Shown: positions 46,873 to 57,891, numbered from the stretch's first letter. The stretch is DNA of 64,000 bases from Vicinamibacterales bacterium (GCA_963840865.1 CAWJAP010000024.1:40862-104861); one strand, 5' to 3'. Notes: a model not told the origin generated them from the sequence alone. A program made the numbers and translations.

Positions 46873-47979
46873 CTATGGGACCGGAACGGTTTCGAGCGAC
46901 TTGCCGGTCGCGCTCGACTTGATCAACACGATCGTGTTCTTGCCGAGCAGATCGAGCTGTTCGACGCCCGCCAGGTCGGCAATCGTCTCGTAAGCGATGC
47001 CGGCCTTCTCGGCTTCGACCCGGTTGGTAATTCCCGGCGCCGACCCGAAGTCCGCAGTCGGAATCTTCATCACGCCGCGGCTGGTGTTCGACATCAGCAG
47101 ATAGTCCTGACCGCCCTTGTTGTAGACGACCATGTCGATCGGCCGGTTACGGTTGCCGAGCTCGGCAATCGTGGTCCCAACCACTTTCTGGGTGGAGTCG
47201 AGCGCCGACATCGGGAACTTGACCAGCGGCGTGCAGAGATACCCGGCGATGAGATGCGGCGTCGAGCCAATCTTGTAGGGTACGAACGCGAAGATGGGCG
47301 AGCGGGTTTCGAGCTGGCCGTGGTTGCCGTGGTAGATCTCCACGCTCGTCCCGGCTGGAACCGCCGAGAACGGATAGGCGACCGACCGGAGCTTCGACGC
47401 GAACTCCTCGTTCGAGAGCCCGGTGACGATCAACCGTCCGTCGACGAACGCCATGTCGGTCACCGACTGCGGGCGAGGATTGCGCCGGTCGCCGGGATTG
47501 GCGACGGGCGCGTTGGGCAGTGCCGCGCGCGTGTAGCTCACCTTGTCGAACGGTATGGACGACAGCTCACCGTCCCCGTCGATCCGCACGAGCGCGGGTG
47601 CCGCGCTCGCACCCTGGCCGCGCATGATCGCCACGTAGGTCTCTTGCGACTTCGGGTCGACCGCCAGATCGGTCACCGTGATGCTCGCCGCATCGGTTCC
47701 GAGCAGCGCGGCAATCTTCTGGTCGACGTTCGGCACGGCCTTGGTGCCGGCGGCTTTCGCCTTCGGCAAGCTCGACAGGTTCAGGGCGTAGATGGCGGCT
47801 CCCTGCGGATCGGCGGCGAACAGCACGCCCTCGGGACCGAACGCCAGCGGCCCGATCGATTCGAGGGACGCGCCCGTGACGGCCGCCGGGGCACTGGGCG
47901 GTGCCGCGGCAGGCAGACCCGACGAGACGACCGCGAGGACGAGAGCGAGTCCCAACCTGACGAGACGTAATGGCATCAT
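46873..47979 (-). CDS. hypothetical exported protein
   Basis: ATG 47979 preceded by AAAGGAG. Signal MMPLRLVRLGLALVLAVVSSGLPAAA. Intact 368 aa. No domain recognised. Confidence 0.55.
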   Translation of the reverse strand: MMPLRLVRLGLALVLAVVSSGLPAAAPPSAPAAVTGASLESIGPLAFGPEGVLFAADPQGAAIYALNLSSLPKAKAAGTKAVPNVDQKIAALLGTDAASITVTDLAVDPKSQETYVAIMRGQGASAAPALVRIDGDGELSSIPFDKVSYTRAALPNAPVANPGDRRNPRPQSVTDMAFVDGRLIVTGLSNEEFASKLRSVAYPFSAVPAGTSVEIYHGNHGQLETRSPIFAFVPYKIGSTPHLIAGYLCTPLVKFPMSALDSTQKVVGTTIAELGNRNRPIDMVVYNKGGQDYLLMSNTSRGVMKIPTADFGSAPGITNRVEAEKAGIAYETIADLAGVEQLDLLGKNTIVLIKSSATGKSLETVPVP

Positions 47980-48047
47980 CGAGCTCCTTTCGCGCCGAGG
48001 CGAAACCATCCGCTGCCCGAAAGCTACGGCGGACCGGCCGCGACCGC

Positions 48048-49604
48048 TTACTGTCCCGCCCCGGCCGGTGACACGGCGATGGCCGGGTCGGCGACGGCGG
48101 GAGTCGTTGCCGGCATCTGCAGCTCGGGCATGGGTGGCGCCATGAACAGGCGCCGGGCCGCCCGGCCGATGAGCCGTGCCCACCGCTGCGACCGCGCGAC
48201 GCGCGCGCTGTCGGTCGCGATGCCCGTGTTCGCATACATTTGCCGGTAGAGCTTCGACAGCAGCACGAACGCCAGCCGCCCCCTGAACGATCGGATGCAG
48301 GCCGAGCGCTGCCACACGAGCGGCAGCCGGTAGAAGTGATCCCATGTCGCCTGGGTGCCCCGGCGAATGTCGTCCGGGGTCATGTGGGCGTGGGGCGTAT
48401 ACACCTTCGGCCGCCGCGAGGGTGGGATCAACCAGTATCGGGTGAGCGGCACGCCGTCGATGGTCGTGACCGGCGACTCCTGCTCCCATTTCTGGAAGTC
48501 GAGCGTCCCCGGAAACGGCGTGAGCATGACGAACTGGGCGAACGAAACGCCCGCCCGCTGCGCCACGTCGGCCGTCGCGGCGAAGGTCGCTGCCGTGTCG
48601 CCGGGCAGGCCGAAGATGAACGATCCCAGAATGTGAACCCCGTGCTCGCGAAACGCCTGGAGGCGCCGGACGAGCGCCTCGCCGGCCAGGTTGAAGTCCT
48701 TGTAGACCGATTTCAGTCCCGCGGCGGTCACCGATTCGATTCCCACCAGCGCGCCGCGGATGCGCGCCCGCCGCATCGCGTCGAGGAACTCCGGATCCTC
48801 GGCCGCTTCCATGGTGATCTGCGTGTAGAGCACGATGTCGTCGGGCAGCTTCGAGAGCTGCTCCATCAGGGCGAAGCGCTCACTGCGGATCGCCGTGAGC
48901 TCGTCGAGCGTTCTCGGGTCGGTGCGGCGCGCGGCCATCTCGAGGTCCGTTTTCGTCACCGGATAGAAGTTGTCGTCGGCCAGCAGGATGAAGCGGAAAC
49001 CGCGCCGGCGCAGCTGCACAATCTCCTCGACCACCGAGTCCACGTGGCGCTGGCGCGGCTTCTGGCCGTCGGTACGCCACACGGAACAGAACGAGCAGTG
49101 CTTCGGACAGCCTCGCACGGTCTGCACCGACGCCCACATGTACTTGTCCGCGGGCAGCAGATCCCATCGCGCGGGCATGAACGAGGTGCCGTCCACCCGG
49201 CCACCGTCGTAGTGCGGCTGCAGCGCGCCGGCCGCGCAATCCGCGAGCACGCTCGCCCAGACGTGGTCGCCGTCCCCCTTCACGACCGCATCGGCGCCGC
49301 CGTGCTGGTGCGCCTCCTCGGGGAAGAGGCTGGCGTGAATGCCGCCATAGACGACCCTCGCACCGCGAGCGCGCGCAAGCTGCCCGACGGCGTAGCCTCG
49401 CAACGCGTTCGACGTGTGAATGCCGATGCCGACGACGTCGCCCGGCTGCACGGTGGCCGGGTCGAACGCGGCGAGCGTTTCGTCGACGATGACGGGTACG
49501 CCGTAGCGGGGCGGGGTAGCCGCCGCCAGGACGTAGAGCCAGCGCGGGGTGATGACCGCCGTGCCGAAGGCCAGGTCGCTCGGATTGACGAGATGTACGC
49601 GCAT
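48048..49604 (-). CDS. B12-binding domain radical SAM protein (class B, DUF4070-like C-terminus)
   Basis: MRVHLVNPS start. B12-domain-like VVGIGIHTSNALRGYAV...VVYGGIHASL. Radical SAM cluster motif VRGCPKHCSFC. Intact. Confidence 0.85.
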   Translation of the reverse strand: MRVHLVNPSDLAFGTAVITPRWLYVLAAATPPRYGVPVIVDETLAAFDPATVQPGDVVGIGIHTSNALRGYAVGQLARARGARVVYGGIHASLFPEEAHQHGGADAVVKGDGDHVWASVLADCAAGALQPHYDGGRVDGTSFMPARWDLLPADKYMWASVQTVRGCPKHCSFCSVWRTDGQKPRQRHVDSVVEEIVQLRRRGFRFILLADDNFYPVTKTDLEMAARRTDPRTLDELTAIRSERFALMEQLSKLPDDIVLYTQITMEAAEDPEFLDAMRRARIRGALVGIESVTAAGLKSVYKDFNLAGEALVRRLQAFREHGVHILGSFIFGLPGDTAATFAATADVAQRAGVSFAQFVMLTPFPGTLDFQKWEQESPVTTIDGVPLTRYWLIPPSRRPKVYTPHAHMTPDDIRRGTQATWDHFYRLPLVWQRSACIRSFRGRLAFVLLSKLYRQMYANTGIATDSARVARSQRWARLIGRAARRLFMAPPMPELQMPATTPAVADPAIAVSPAGAGQ

Positions 49605-49756
49605 GTCGTGTGTCGAGACGCAGCAAAATGCCGCAGCTTGCCCATGGGTCGGACTTCGAGCGAGACCGGCGATCGTCGGAACAAGAGGACGGACGTCAGT
49701 CAATCGATGTCAGCGAAGGACTGCTGGAAAAGACTCCCGTTCCCTTCTCCGGCGCG

Positions 49757-51215
49757 CTAGAACGAACCGCCAATCGACTTGCCGAAACGCGTGAACAATC
49801 CCGCCGTCGCGACGGCGGCCTTGCGTGAACCCTCGCCGATGGCCACACCGCCGTCGGCCGTAGCCCCCCACGGTGTTTGGGGACGGTCGTGGCGTTGCGC
49901 GATCGTGACGGGCGCCGGGGCGACCGGCAGCGTCGTGAGCACGTGCGAACCGAGCGGCGTAGCCGCCACCGGGAGATCGGCGGCGTCGATGGCCCCGGGC
50001 TCCGTCGTCGCCGTCACGATCGAGTTGTGCACCGGCGCGCCACTGACGATGGGCGCGCGAACGATCGCCTCGCGACCGGCGCCCGCTGCCACATCGTCGA
50101 TCGCGCGTGACCGTCGGCGATCGAGCGAGGACCTTGCCGGCCTTGCCGGCGAAGGTGCGGGCCGCCGCGCATCGGGCGCGATGGCAGGTGCCGCCGCGTC
50201 CGGCTGGCGATCGACGTGCGCCAGCAATCGCTCAGGCGCGACGTTCTCCTGGGCTCGCGACGCGAGCGTCCGCGTGGCGACGAGGTCGATGGCCGAGAGC
50301 TGGATGCCGAGACCAGCGGCCAGAATCGCGACCACCAGGACCACCGGTGGCGACGCGCAGATGGCGCGGTTCTGATGCCGATCGAGCAGCCGGTCGACAC
50401 GTGCGGTCAGTGCCGAGCGCCCCAGCACGCCGAGTGCGAGTTGCAGCCGTCTTGCGGCCGCGCGTTGGAGCTCCGCCAGCTTCACGAGCGATGCGGCATA
50501 CGGAATTGCGCCACCGGTGAGCGCCACCACCCAGTCGTCGCACGCGGCCTCGCGTTCCGCGCGCAGCCGTCGAATCGAGCCACCACACGGCGGGATGCCA
50601 GCCGGCGAACGTGCGGATGACGAGCTGCGCGAGGTCGGCCCAATCATCGCGGCGGGCGACGTGCGCGAGCTCGTGGACGACGATGCGATCGAGCTCGGCG
50701 GGCGTGAGCCGCGCGGCGACGGCCGGCGACACCGCGACGAGCGGCGGCCAGAGGCCGAACACCGCCGCACCGCGCACATCCTCGGACAGCACGAGCCGTG
50801 ACGCCCGCGCACGTTGCCGGTGCCGCGTCCAGGCGGTGAGCCGGGCTTCGAGCGCCGGCGGGAAGGGCTGGCAGGTGGCTCGAACCCGGTGTAACGCCGC
50901 GAGTGCCTTCACGAGGCGGACGATGCCGACGAGCGTCCACAATGCCCACGCGCCGAGACCCGCCATCACGACGAACGAGGGCACGCTCTCGATCGAGACG
51001 AGGCCATTCGCGCGGGTCGCCGCCGAGCCATCGACCGCAGCGGCCGGCGTGTCTGGCAGCAGATGCAGGAGCGGGAGCCCGATGACGAGCGCCAGCGTCA
51101 CCCAGCCGATCTGGTAGCGAGTCGTGGCGCTCGCGCGCGGCCAGTGGTCGGCGAGCGTCATGACCCCCACCGCCAGCACCAGGCCTCGCCAGCCCCACTC
51201 GATGACTAGGTCCAA
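49757..51215 (-). CDS. BlaR1/MecR1-like M56 signal-transducing metalloprotease without a recognisable penicillin-binding sensor (1 apparent frameshift near 50585)
   Basis: HELAHVARRDDW zinc motif. WHPAVWWL then IRRLRAEREAACDDWVV after removing one base at CTCGATT. Ala/Pro-rich C-terminal half. TTG start at 51215. Confidence 0.8.
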
Positions 51216-51222
51216 GATGGCC

Positions 51223-51594
51223 TCAGGCTTTCTCGATCAGCTCTTTCAGACGCTCGATTTCATCCGGATCGATGTGCTGGTCTTCGAGCACGTTCAGCAC
51301 CAGCAGGCTCGGTGAGTTGTCGAACAGTCGCACCAGCAGGTGGCCGAGCGCCAGGCGGCGTGCCTGGTGCCGGTCGAGCACCGCCCGGTACACGAAGGCC
51401 CGGCCCACCTTCTCGTGCCGCGCGTAGCCTTTCCGCTCGAGGATGCGCAGCATCGTCTGAACCGTGCTGTAAGTCGCCTTCGGCCCGGACAGCGCTTCCA
51501 CCACGTCGGCAACCGTGGCCGAGCCGCGATCCCACAGGACGTGCATCAGCCGCACTTCACCATCCGTCAGACTGGGCAGACGATACCTTGCCAT
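51223..51594 (-). CDS. BlaI/MecI/CopY-family transcriptional repressor
   Basis: LTDGEVRLMHVLWDRGSATVADVVEAL...YSTVQTMLRILERKGYA...GRAFVY. Confidence 0.85.
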   Translation of the reverse strand: MARYRLPSLTDGEVRLMHVLWDRGSATVADVVEALSGPKATYSTVQTMLRILERKGYARHEKVGRAFVYRAVLDRHQARRLALGHLLVRLFDNSPSLLVLNVLEDQHIDPDEIERLKELIEKA

Positions 51595-51625
51595 CACTTA
51601 ATGAATTAAGAATTCGCCGCGAACT

Positions 51626-54344
51626 CTATCGCTCGCAGTGCCGCGTGTCAACAGTGAAGAAAAACGGCAGTCCGTCGCCGCCCGATGGCAGGCGGGTCGA
51701 AGGCGGCGGTCGGAGCCAGGGCAGCCGCCCGGCCGACGGGTTGCAGCCTATTCCGTGACTGAGCACTCTCGCGGGGTCCGTGCGCATCGCGCGAAGCGCC
51801 GGCCCGAGCGCCGTCGCGACGCCGACCAACGTCAGCAGCCCCACCACGGCTGCGACCACGCCGGCCTCGGTGGCACTGGTGCGGTAGAGGACGGTCTCGA
51901 GCCAGCGCTCGGCGATCCACGACGCCGCGACGCCAATCAGACCGCCCAGGCCCACGAGCGCTGCGCTCTGGCGCGTGATGCTCCAGAGCAACTGACGGGG
52001 ACGCGCGCCGAGCGCCAGACGTACCGCCAGCTCGCGGCCGCGCTCGGCGACGACGTAGCTGAGGAGCCCGTAGACGCCGCTCGCCGCCAGCAGCAGGGCA
52101 ATGGCTGCAAATGCCGTCAGGGCGGCCGCGCCCACCCGTGGCCTGCTCAGGGAATCGGCGAACATCTCGGTGACCGCCGCGTGCTCGAACGGAACGTCGG
52201 GTGCGACCTGTCGAATCGTCCGGCGGACATCGGGCCATACGACGTCCGTGGTGCCTTCGGTCCGCACGATCAGCGTCATCGTCGGCATCGAAAGCTGCGT
52301 GTGCGGCCGGAACATGGTCGGCGCCGCATCGGCATCGGGCCTGAAATCGCGGAAGTCTCCGACCACGCCGACGATTGTTTTCGGCGAGGCGCGACGGCCC
52401 CACAACAGACGACGTCCGACCGGGTTCTGATTCGGCCAGTAGCGGCGGGCCATGTTGCGCGTGATGACGACCACCTCCTCGGCACCGTTGGCATCTCTCG
52501 CGTCGAGCAGGCGGCCCTCCACGAGCGGAAGCCCGAGGGCGTCGAAGAAGCCGGGCGTGACGGCGCGCCAGGCGGCCGACGAATACTCGCCGTCGGGCGA
52601 ACCATCGACGCGGAATTGATTGGCGGTTCCGAAGCCCTGAAACGGCGTCACGCTGGTGGCCCCGGCGGCCCGCACGCCGGGCAGCGCTTCGAGCCGCTCC
52701 GCGATCTCCTGCAGCCGGGCCACACGTCTCGCCGCGTCGGTACTGCGCTTCGGGAAATACCAGCGCAATCGCGAGGGCACGATCCTGGTCGAAGCCGACA
52801 TCGACCGTGTTCATGCGCAGGAAGCTGGCGCCGAGCAACGTGGCACCAACGGCCAGAAGGGTGGCCAGCCCGACCTGCGCGACGACCAGCACACGCCGGC
52901 CGGTGAGCGCCGGAGAGATGGTGCGTCCGGCGCGCAGTGCGGACGTGAGCGCCGTCCGTCCGGCCTGTCGCGCCGGTGCGAGCCCCGCTACGACGCTCGC
53001 GGAGGCCGTGACGAGCGCCACGAAGCCGAGCGAGGCAGCATTCAGCTCCACACGCGCGAGCTGTGGAACGAGCGGCGCCGCCCACGCGCGCAGCGCATCC
53101 ACGAGCACGGTGGCGACGACAACCCCGCCCGCGGCGCCGAAGGTTGCCAGACAGAGACTTTCCATCAGCAGTTGAGCGACGATGCGTCCTTGCGAGGCGC
53201 CGAGCGCCCGCCGCATCGCGAACTCCTGCCGGCGGCCGCTCCCCCGCGCGAGGAGCAGACATGCCACGTTCGCGCATGCCAGCAGACCCAGTGCGACGAC
53301 GGCAGCGAAGAGCACCCATGCCAGGCGCGTCAACTTCGGGCCGACGACCCACGCTTGCAGCGGCGACAGACGGATCGTCCAGCCTGCGTGACTGGCCGGG
53401 TGCTCGCGCGCGAGCTGCTGCATCACGCGCGCGAGCTCTCCTTCGGCCGCGGCCATGGAGGTGCCCGGGGCGAGCCGGGCGATGGCTTCGACCTCGCGCG
53501 CCGAACGCGACCCTTCCGGGTCGGCGGCGAGCGGCGTGAAGACCTCGACGCTGGGCAGGAGATCGACGCGCGCGGCGAGAACGCCCACAATCGTGACGGG
53601 ACGGCCGGCGACGCCGAGCGTCCGGCCGACGACGCGCGGATCGGCGCCGAGCCGGCGCTCCCAGAATCGCCGCGTCACGACGGCCACGTGCGCATCGCCG
53701 GGGCGATCTTCGTCGGGGGTGAACGTTCGACCCTGGCTGGCGTGGCGGCCGAGCAGCGGGAAAAACGAGGCCGTGACCGCCGCACTGGGCACCTGCTGCG
53801 GCCCGTCGGCGGTCTCGACCGCCAGCGTGGCAGTCCGCCAGCCCGCGAGCGTCACCGTTGTCGCACCCCGCTGGATGTCGACGATGTCTGGCTGCGGCAG
53901 CGGCCAGATGCCTTTCGAAGGATCGACGGCGTCGACCCGGACCAGCCGGTCAGCTGCGGGGTAGGGGAGTGGCCGGCGGACGAGCGCGTCGACCACCGCG
54001 AAGACGGTCGTCACCGACCCAATGCCCAGGGCCAGAACGACGATCGCCGTGAACGCGAACTGCGGGCGCGCCCTGATCAGCCGGAGCGCGAACCGCACGT
54101 CGTGCCACATGGTCTCGACCAGCGGCAGGCGCCGGCCTTCGCGTCTGGCCTCGACGATCTGCGTCAGTCCGCCGAGTGCGAGCCGAGCCTCGGCGCGCGC
54201 CCGCTCCGGCGTCAACCCACGCCTGATCCCATCGTCGACAGCCAGTTCGAAGTGCTCGAGGATCTCTGCACGGAACTCGTCGTCCAGCCGGCGTCGTGAG
54301 ACCTGCGCCCGAAGGCGCGCGGCCACCTGCCGCAGGCGGCTCAC
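51626..54344 (-). CDS. ADOP-type duplicated FtsX/MacB-like permease, copy 1 (1 apparent frameshift near 52760)
   Basis: N-terminal DDEFRAEILEHFELAVDD..., WHDVRFALRLIRARPQFAFTAIVVLALGIG. Second half in ORF 51626..52801 (VVITRNMARRYWPNQNPVGRRL ... LRAMRTDPARVL). GTG start overlaps the PadR stop. Confidence 0.8.
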
Positions 54345-54679
54345 GATCGACCCTCGAGCAGCCGCGCGACGATCGTGGTCGTGCGCTCCCAGGCCTCGGT
54401 CTGGGCGGCGAGCTCCCGCCGCCCCGATTTGGTGATGGCGTAGAAGCGGGCGCGGCGGTTGTTCTCACTCGTGCCCCAGCTCGAGCTGATCCAACCGCGT
54501 TCCTCGAGCCGCAGCAGCGAGGGATAGATGGTTCCCTGATTGAGGCTCAGCGCGCCGTCGGCGACCTGCTCGATGCGGCGGGCGATGCCGTAGCCATGGA
54601 GTGATCCCAGGGTGTCGAGCGTCTTGAGCACCATGAGATCGAGCGTCCCGTATGGAACATCGGATTTCGGGTCGGCCAT
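54341..54679 (-). CDS. PadR-family transcriptional regulator, copy 1
   Basis: ATG 54679 with AGGAG upstream. LDLMVLKTLDTLGSLHGYGIARRIEQ...GTIYPSLLRLEERGWI. Confidence 0.85.
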   Translation of the reverse strand: MADPKSDVPYGTLDLMVLKTLDTLGSLHGYGIARRIEQVADGALSLNQGTIYPSLLRLEERGWISSSWGTSENNRRARFYAITKSGRRELAAQTEAWERTTTIVARLLEGRS

Positions 54680-54686
54680 GCGCGCT

Positions 54687-54734
54687 CCTGTTGACCGTCC
54701 ACAGAATACACCGCTTCTGTTGAAAGTCAACAGG
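54687..54734 (-). promoter_or_regulatory. putative promoter/operator of PadR copy 1
   Basis: On the minus strand, TTGACT (54725-54730), 16-nt spacer, TATTCT (54703-54708). Flanked by the inverted repeat CCTGTTGAC (54687-54695) / GTCAACAGG (54726-54734). Confidence 0.45.
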
Positions 54735-54919
54735 TGCCGGCATTCGCGCGCACTCGCGCGATGCCGTGCCCGGTCCGGCGATGCGCCGCCCGTGTCAATC
54801 CGCGCCGCCATGTGGCATCGGCAGCGACAGTTTTCGTCACCCCGACAAGAAAACGACAGAAGCGAGGACGGCCGTCGTGTCGTGCTGCGCATCCTGCCTC
54901 TCCGGGGACGCGGGCAGCG

Positions 54920-54951
54920 TTGACAACCCCATTGCGAACTAGGCATAGTTC
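54920..54951 (+). promoter_or_regulatory. putative promoter/operator of PadR copy 2 (possibly a leaderless transcript)
   Basis: TTGACA (54920-54925), about 17-18 nt, CATAGT-like -10. Palindrome GAACTA-GGCA-TAGTTC (54936-54951) ends 4 nt before ATG 54956. Confidence 0.4.
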
Positions 54952-54955
54952 AACT

Positions 54956-55285
54956 ATGCCTCGTGAAGATGGGCTGCCGCCGGGAACGCTGGCGATGTTG
55001 ATTCTGCGGGTGCTCGCCGGCCAGCCCCTGCACGGCTACGCAATTGCACGGCGCATCGCGCAGCTCTCGGGTGACGAGCTGAGCGTCGAGGAAGGCTCGC
55101 TCTATCCTGCGCTTCAGAAGCTGCTGCTGAAGGGATGGGTGAAAGCCAGCCCCGCGGTCTCGGAGACCGGCCGGCCGGTACGCGAGTACCGCATCACTCC
55201 GGCCGGCCGTCGTCAGCTCGACGCCGAGCGCCGTCACTTCCGCCGCGTCACCGCGGCCATCGACAGCATTCTCGACACCGCCTAG
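54956..55285 (+). CDS. PadR-family transcriptional regulator, copy 2
   Basis: LAMLILRVLAGQPLHGYAIARRIAQ...GSLYPALQKLLLKGWV. Confidence 0.85.
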   Translation: MPREDGLPPGTLAMLILRVLAGQPLHGYAIARRIAQLSGDELSVEEGSLYPALQKLLLKGWVKASPAVSETGRPVREYRITPAGRRQLDAERRHFRRVTAAIDSILDTA

Positions 55286-55293
55286 GTGCGCTC

Positions 55294-57891
55294 ATGTCCT
55301 TCTTAGGGGAATGGGTTCGCCGGCTCGGCTTCCTGATGAACCGTCGCCGCTTCGAAGAGGCGCTGCGGCGGGAGATGGACGCGCACCGCGCAATGATGGA
55401 CAGGCCCGCCCGGTTCGGCTCGACGCTGCGCCTGCGCGAGGAGAGCCGCGATGTGTGGGGCTGGCGGTGGCTCGAACAGCTGGCGCAGGACGTCCGGTTC
55501 GGTGCGCGCTCGCTCGCCTTCAGTCCGGCATTCGCCCTCACCGCGATTCTCGTCCTTGCGCTCGCGACCGGCGCCACCACGGCCATCTTCAGCGTGCTGA
55601 ACGGCGTGGTGCTGCGGCCGCTGCCGTTCGCCGATCCCGATCGGCTCGTGCAGGTCTATGGACGAAGCTGGCGGGAGGACCGTGAGAACGCACCGCCCGA
55701 TCCGATCCGAGGACCCGTTGCCCCGCTGGAGCTCGAAGTTTTCGGGACCCGGAGCACGACGGTCGAGCGCTTCGCGGGATACGACCTCACGACGAGCCAC
55801 GTCGATGGTCCCGCCGGTGTGGAGCGCCTCACCACGGTTCGGGCCGATGCCGGCCTGCTCGCGCTGCTCGGTGTCGCGCCCGTCGCCGGCCGCGTGCTCC
55901 AGCCCGGCGACACGCCGGACGAGGCAGTCGTCAGCGAGCGGCTGTGGGCACGGCGCTTCGCCCGCGATCCGGTCCTCGCCAACAAAACCCTTCGACTCGA
56001 CAACCGAACGGTCGCCATCGTCGGCGTGATGCCGGACGCCTTCCAGTTTCCGTATCGCGGACAAGCGCTGCTCGGGAGCACGCCGGTCGAGACCCGAACG
56101 GACGTGTGGATACCGCTCGAGCCGGTTCGCGCCAGTCCGGGCGAGCCGCTCCGTCGCGGCCGTCTCAACGTCGTGGCTCGATTGAAGCCCACGGCGGAGA
56201 TCGAGGCGGCCACCGCGGAACTGCGCGCCATCGCTGCCCAGATCGAACAGGAGCACTACGCAGGCACGCGCTTCCGCGTCGGCGTGCGGCTGGAGCGGCT
56301 CGCCGACGTGGTGCTCGGCCCGGTGCGGCGCTCGCTGTGGATGCTGTTTGCCGGCGTTGGTCTGGTGCTGGTTGCGGCGTGCGCGAACGTCGCGAACCTG
56401 CTGCTCGCCAGGACGGCCGCGCGGACGCGCGAAGTGGCCACGCGGGCCGCACTCGGCGCGGGCCGTCTTCGACTCGTCCGGCAGTTCCTCGCGGAGAGCT
56501 TGCTGCTCGCGTTGGCCGGCGGACTGGTGGGCGCGCTCATCGCGCGGTGGGGCACCAGTCTGCTGATCACGCTGGGGGCGTGGCGAATGCCCCGCGCGCA
56601 CGAGGTCGGCCTCGATTGGCAGTCGTTCGGCTTTCTCCTGGCGGCATGTCTCGTGACCGCGGTCCTCTTCGGCCTGGCGCCGGCGATTGCGGCCGCGCGT
56701 GCGGATATCCTCGGCGTCACGAAAGAGACGAGCGGGGCCGCGTCCTCGAGCCGCGGCCTCGCCAGGCTCCGCGACGGGCTCGTCGTCGTCGAAGTGGCGC
56801 TGGCCTTCGTCCTGGCGCTGGGAGCGGCGGTCGTGGTGCGCGAGCTCATCCGCCTGCAGCGCACGGACGCGGGCGTAATGACCGAGAACGTGCTGACCCT
56901 GCACGTCACCCCGCGCACCGACGTGCCGCACTACTACGCCATCGAGTCGCGCGTGGCGCAGTTGCCGGGCGTGCGGGCCGCCGGCTTCATCCAATACATG
57001 CCGCTCCAGAACTGGGGCTGGGTCGGCGGGTTCACGATCTCCGGCCGGAGCGTGACGGGACGTCCGGCATCGGAGCTTCGCTACGTCACGCCCGGCTACT
57101 TCGAGGCCCTCGGTATCCCTATCGTGCGTGGCCGCCCGTTCACGGCCGGCGACGAGGCGGGCGCGCCGCGCGTCATTCTGATCAACGACGCGCTCGCGCG
57201 GCGGTACTTCCCTGATGAGGATCCCGTGGGCATCGAGCTCGATCGCGGAACCATCGTCGGCGTCACCGGCGACGTGCGGCAGGCGACGCTCGATCAAACG
57301 GCCGAGCCCGTCATCTTCTATCCCGCCGCGCAGAACATCGCGATGACCTCGGACGTGGGCATGACGCTGGTCGTGCGGACGGCGTCCGAGCCCGAACGGC
57401 TCGCGCCAGCGATCCGGGCTGCCGTCCGCGACGTGAACCCCTCCCTCGCGATCTTCAACGTCAAGACGATGCAGGAGGTCGTGGCCGATTCGTTGTGGGA
57501 GCTGAACCTGTACCGATGGCTCGTCGGCTCGTTCGCGACGCTCGCGCTCCTGCTCGCGACCATCGGCCTTTACGGGGTGATTGCCTACAGCGCCAGCTCG
57601 CGCATGCGCGAGTTCGCGGTGCGGCTCGCGCTCGGCTCCGACCCGCGGCGGCTCGCCCGGCTCGTCGTCGGTCACGGCGCGCGCCTGACCGCGGCGGGGC
57701 TTGCGGCCGGCCTGCTGGCGGCGGTGATGCTCGCGCCGGTGCTGCGCAGCGTGTCGGCGAACCTGGAAGCCGATTGGATCACCTGCGCGGCGATCGGCCT
57801 GGTGCTCCTCGTCATTGCGCTCGGTGCGTGCGCACTGCCCGCACTTCGCGTCGCCGGCGTGAACCCGGCCGACGCGCTCCGGCACGAGTAG
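55294..57891 (+). CDS. ADOP-type duplicated FtsX/MacB-like permease, copy 2 (intact)
   Basis: ATG 55294. LEQLAQDVRFGARSLAFSPAFALTAILVLALATG. Two MacB-periplasmic/FtsX units. C-terminus RVAGVNPADALRHE. Confidence 0.85.
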   Translation: MSFLGEWVRRLGFLMNRRRFEEALRREMDAHRAMMDRPARFGSTLRLREESRDVWGWRWLEQLAQDVRFGARSLAFSPAFALTAILVLALATGATTAIFSVLNGVVLRPLPFADPDRLVQVYGRSWREDRENAPPDPIRGPVAPLELEVFGTRSTTVERFAGYDLTTSHVDGPAGVERLTTVRADAGLLALLGVAPVAGRVLQPGDTPDEAVVSERLWARRFARDPVLANKTLRLDNRTVAIVGVMPDAFQFPYRGQALLGSTPVETRTDVWIPLEPVRASPGEPLRRGRLNVVARLKPTAEIEAATAELRAIAAQIEQEHYAGTRFRVGVRLERLADVVLGPVRRSLWMLFAGVGLVLVAACANVANLLLARTAARTREVATRAALGAGRLRLVRQFLAESLLLALAGGLVGALIARWGTSLLITLGAWRMPRAHEVGLDWQSFGFLLAACLVTAVLFGLAPAIAAARADILGVTKETSGAASSSRGLARLRDGLVVVEVALAFVLALGAAVVVRELIRLQRTDAGVMTENVLTLHVTPRTDVPHYYAIESRVAQLPGVRAAGFIQYMPLQNWGWVGGFTISGRSVTGRPASELRYVTPGYFEALGIPIVRGRPFTAGDEAGAPRVILINDALARRYFPDEDPVGIELDRGTIVGVTGDVRQATLDQTAEPVIFYPAAQNIAMTSDVGMTLVVRTASEPERLAPAIRAAVRDVNPSLAIFNVKTMQEVVADSLWELNLYRWLVGSFATLALLLATIGLYGVIAYSASSRMREFAVRLALGSDPRRLARLVVGHGARLTAAGLAAGLLAAVMLAPVLRSVSANLEADWITCAAIGLVLLVIALGACALPALRVAGVNPADALRHE

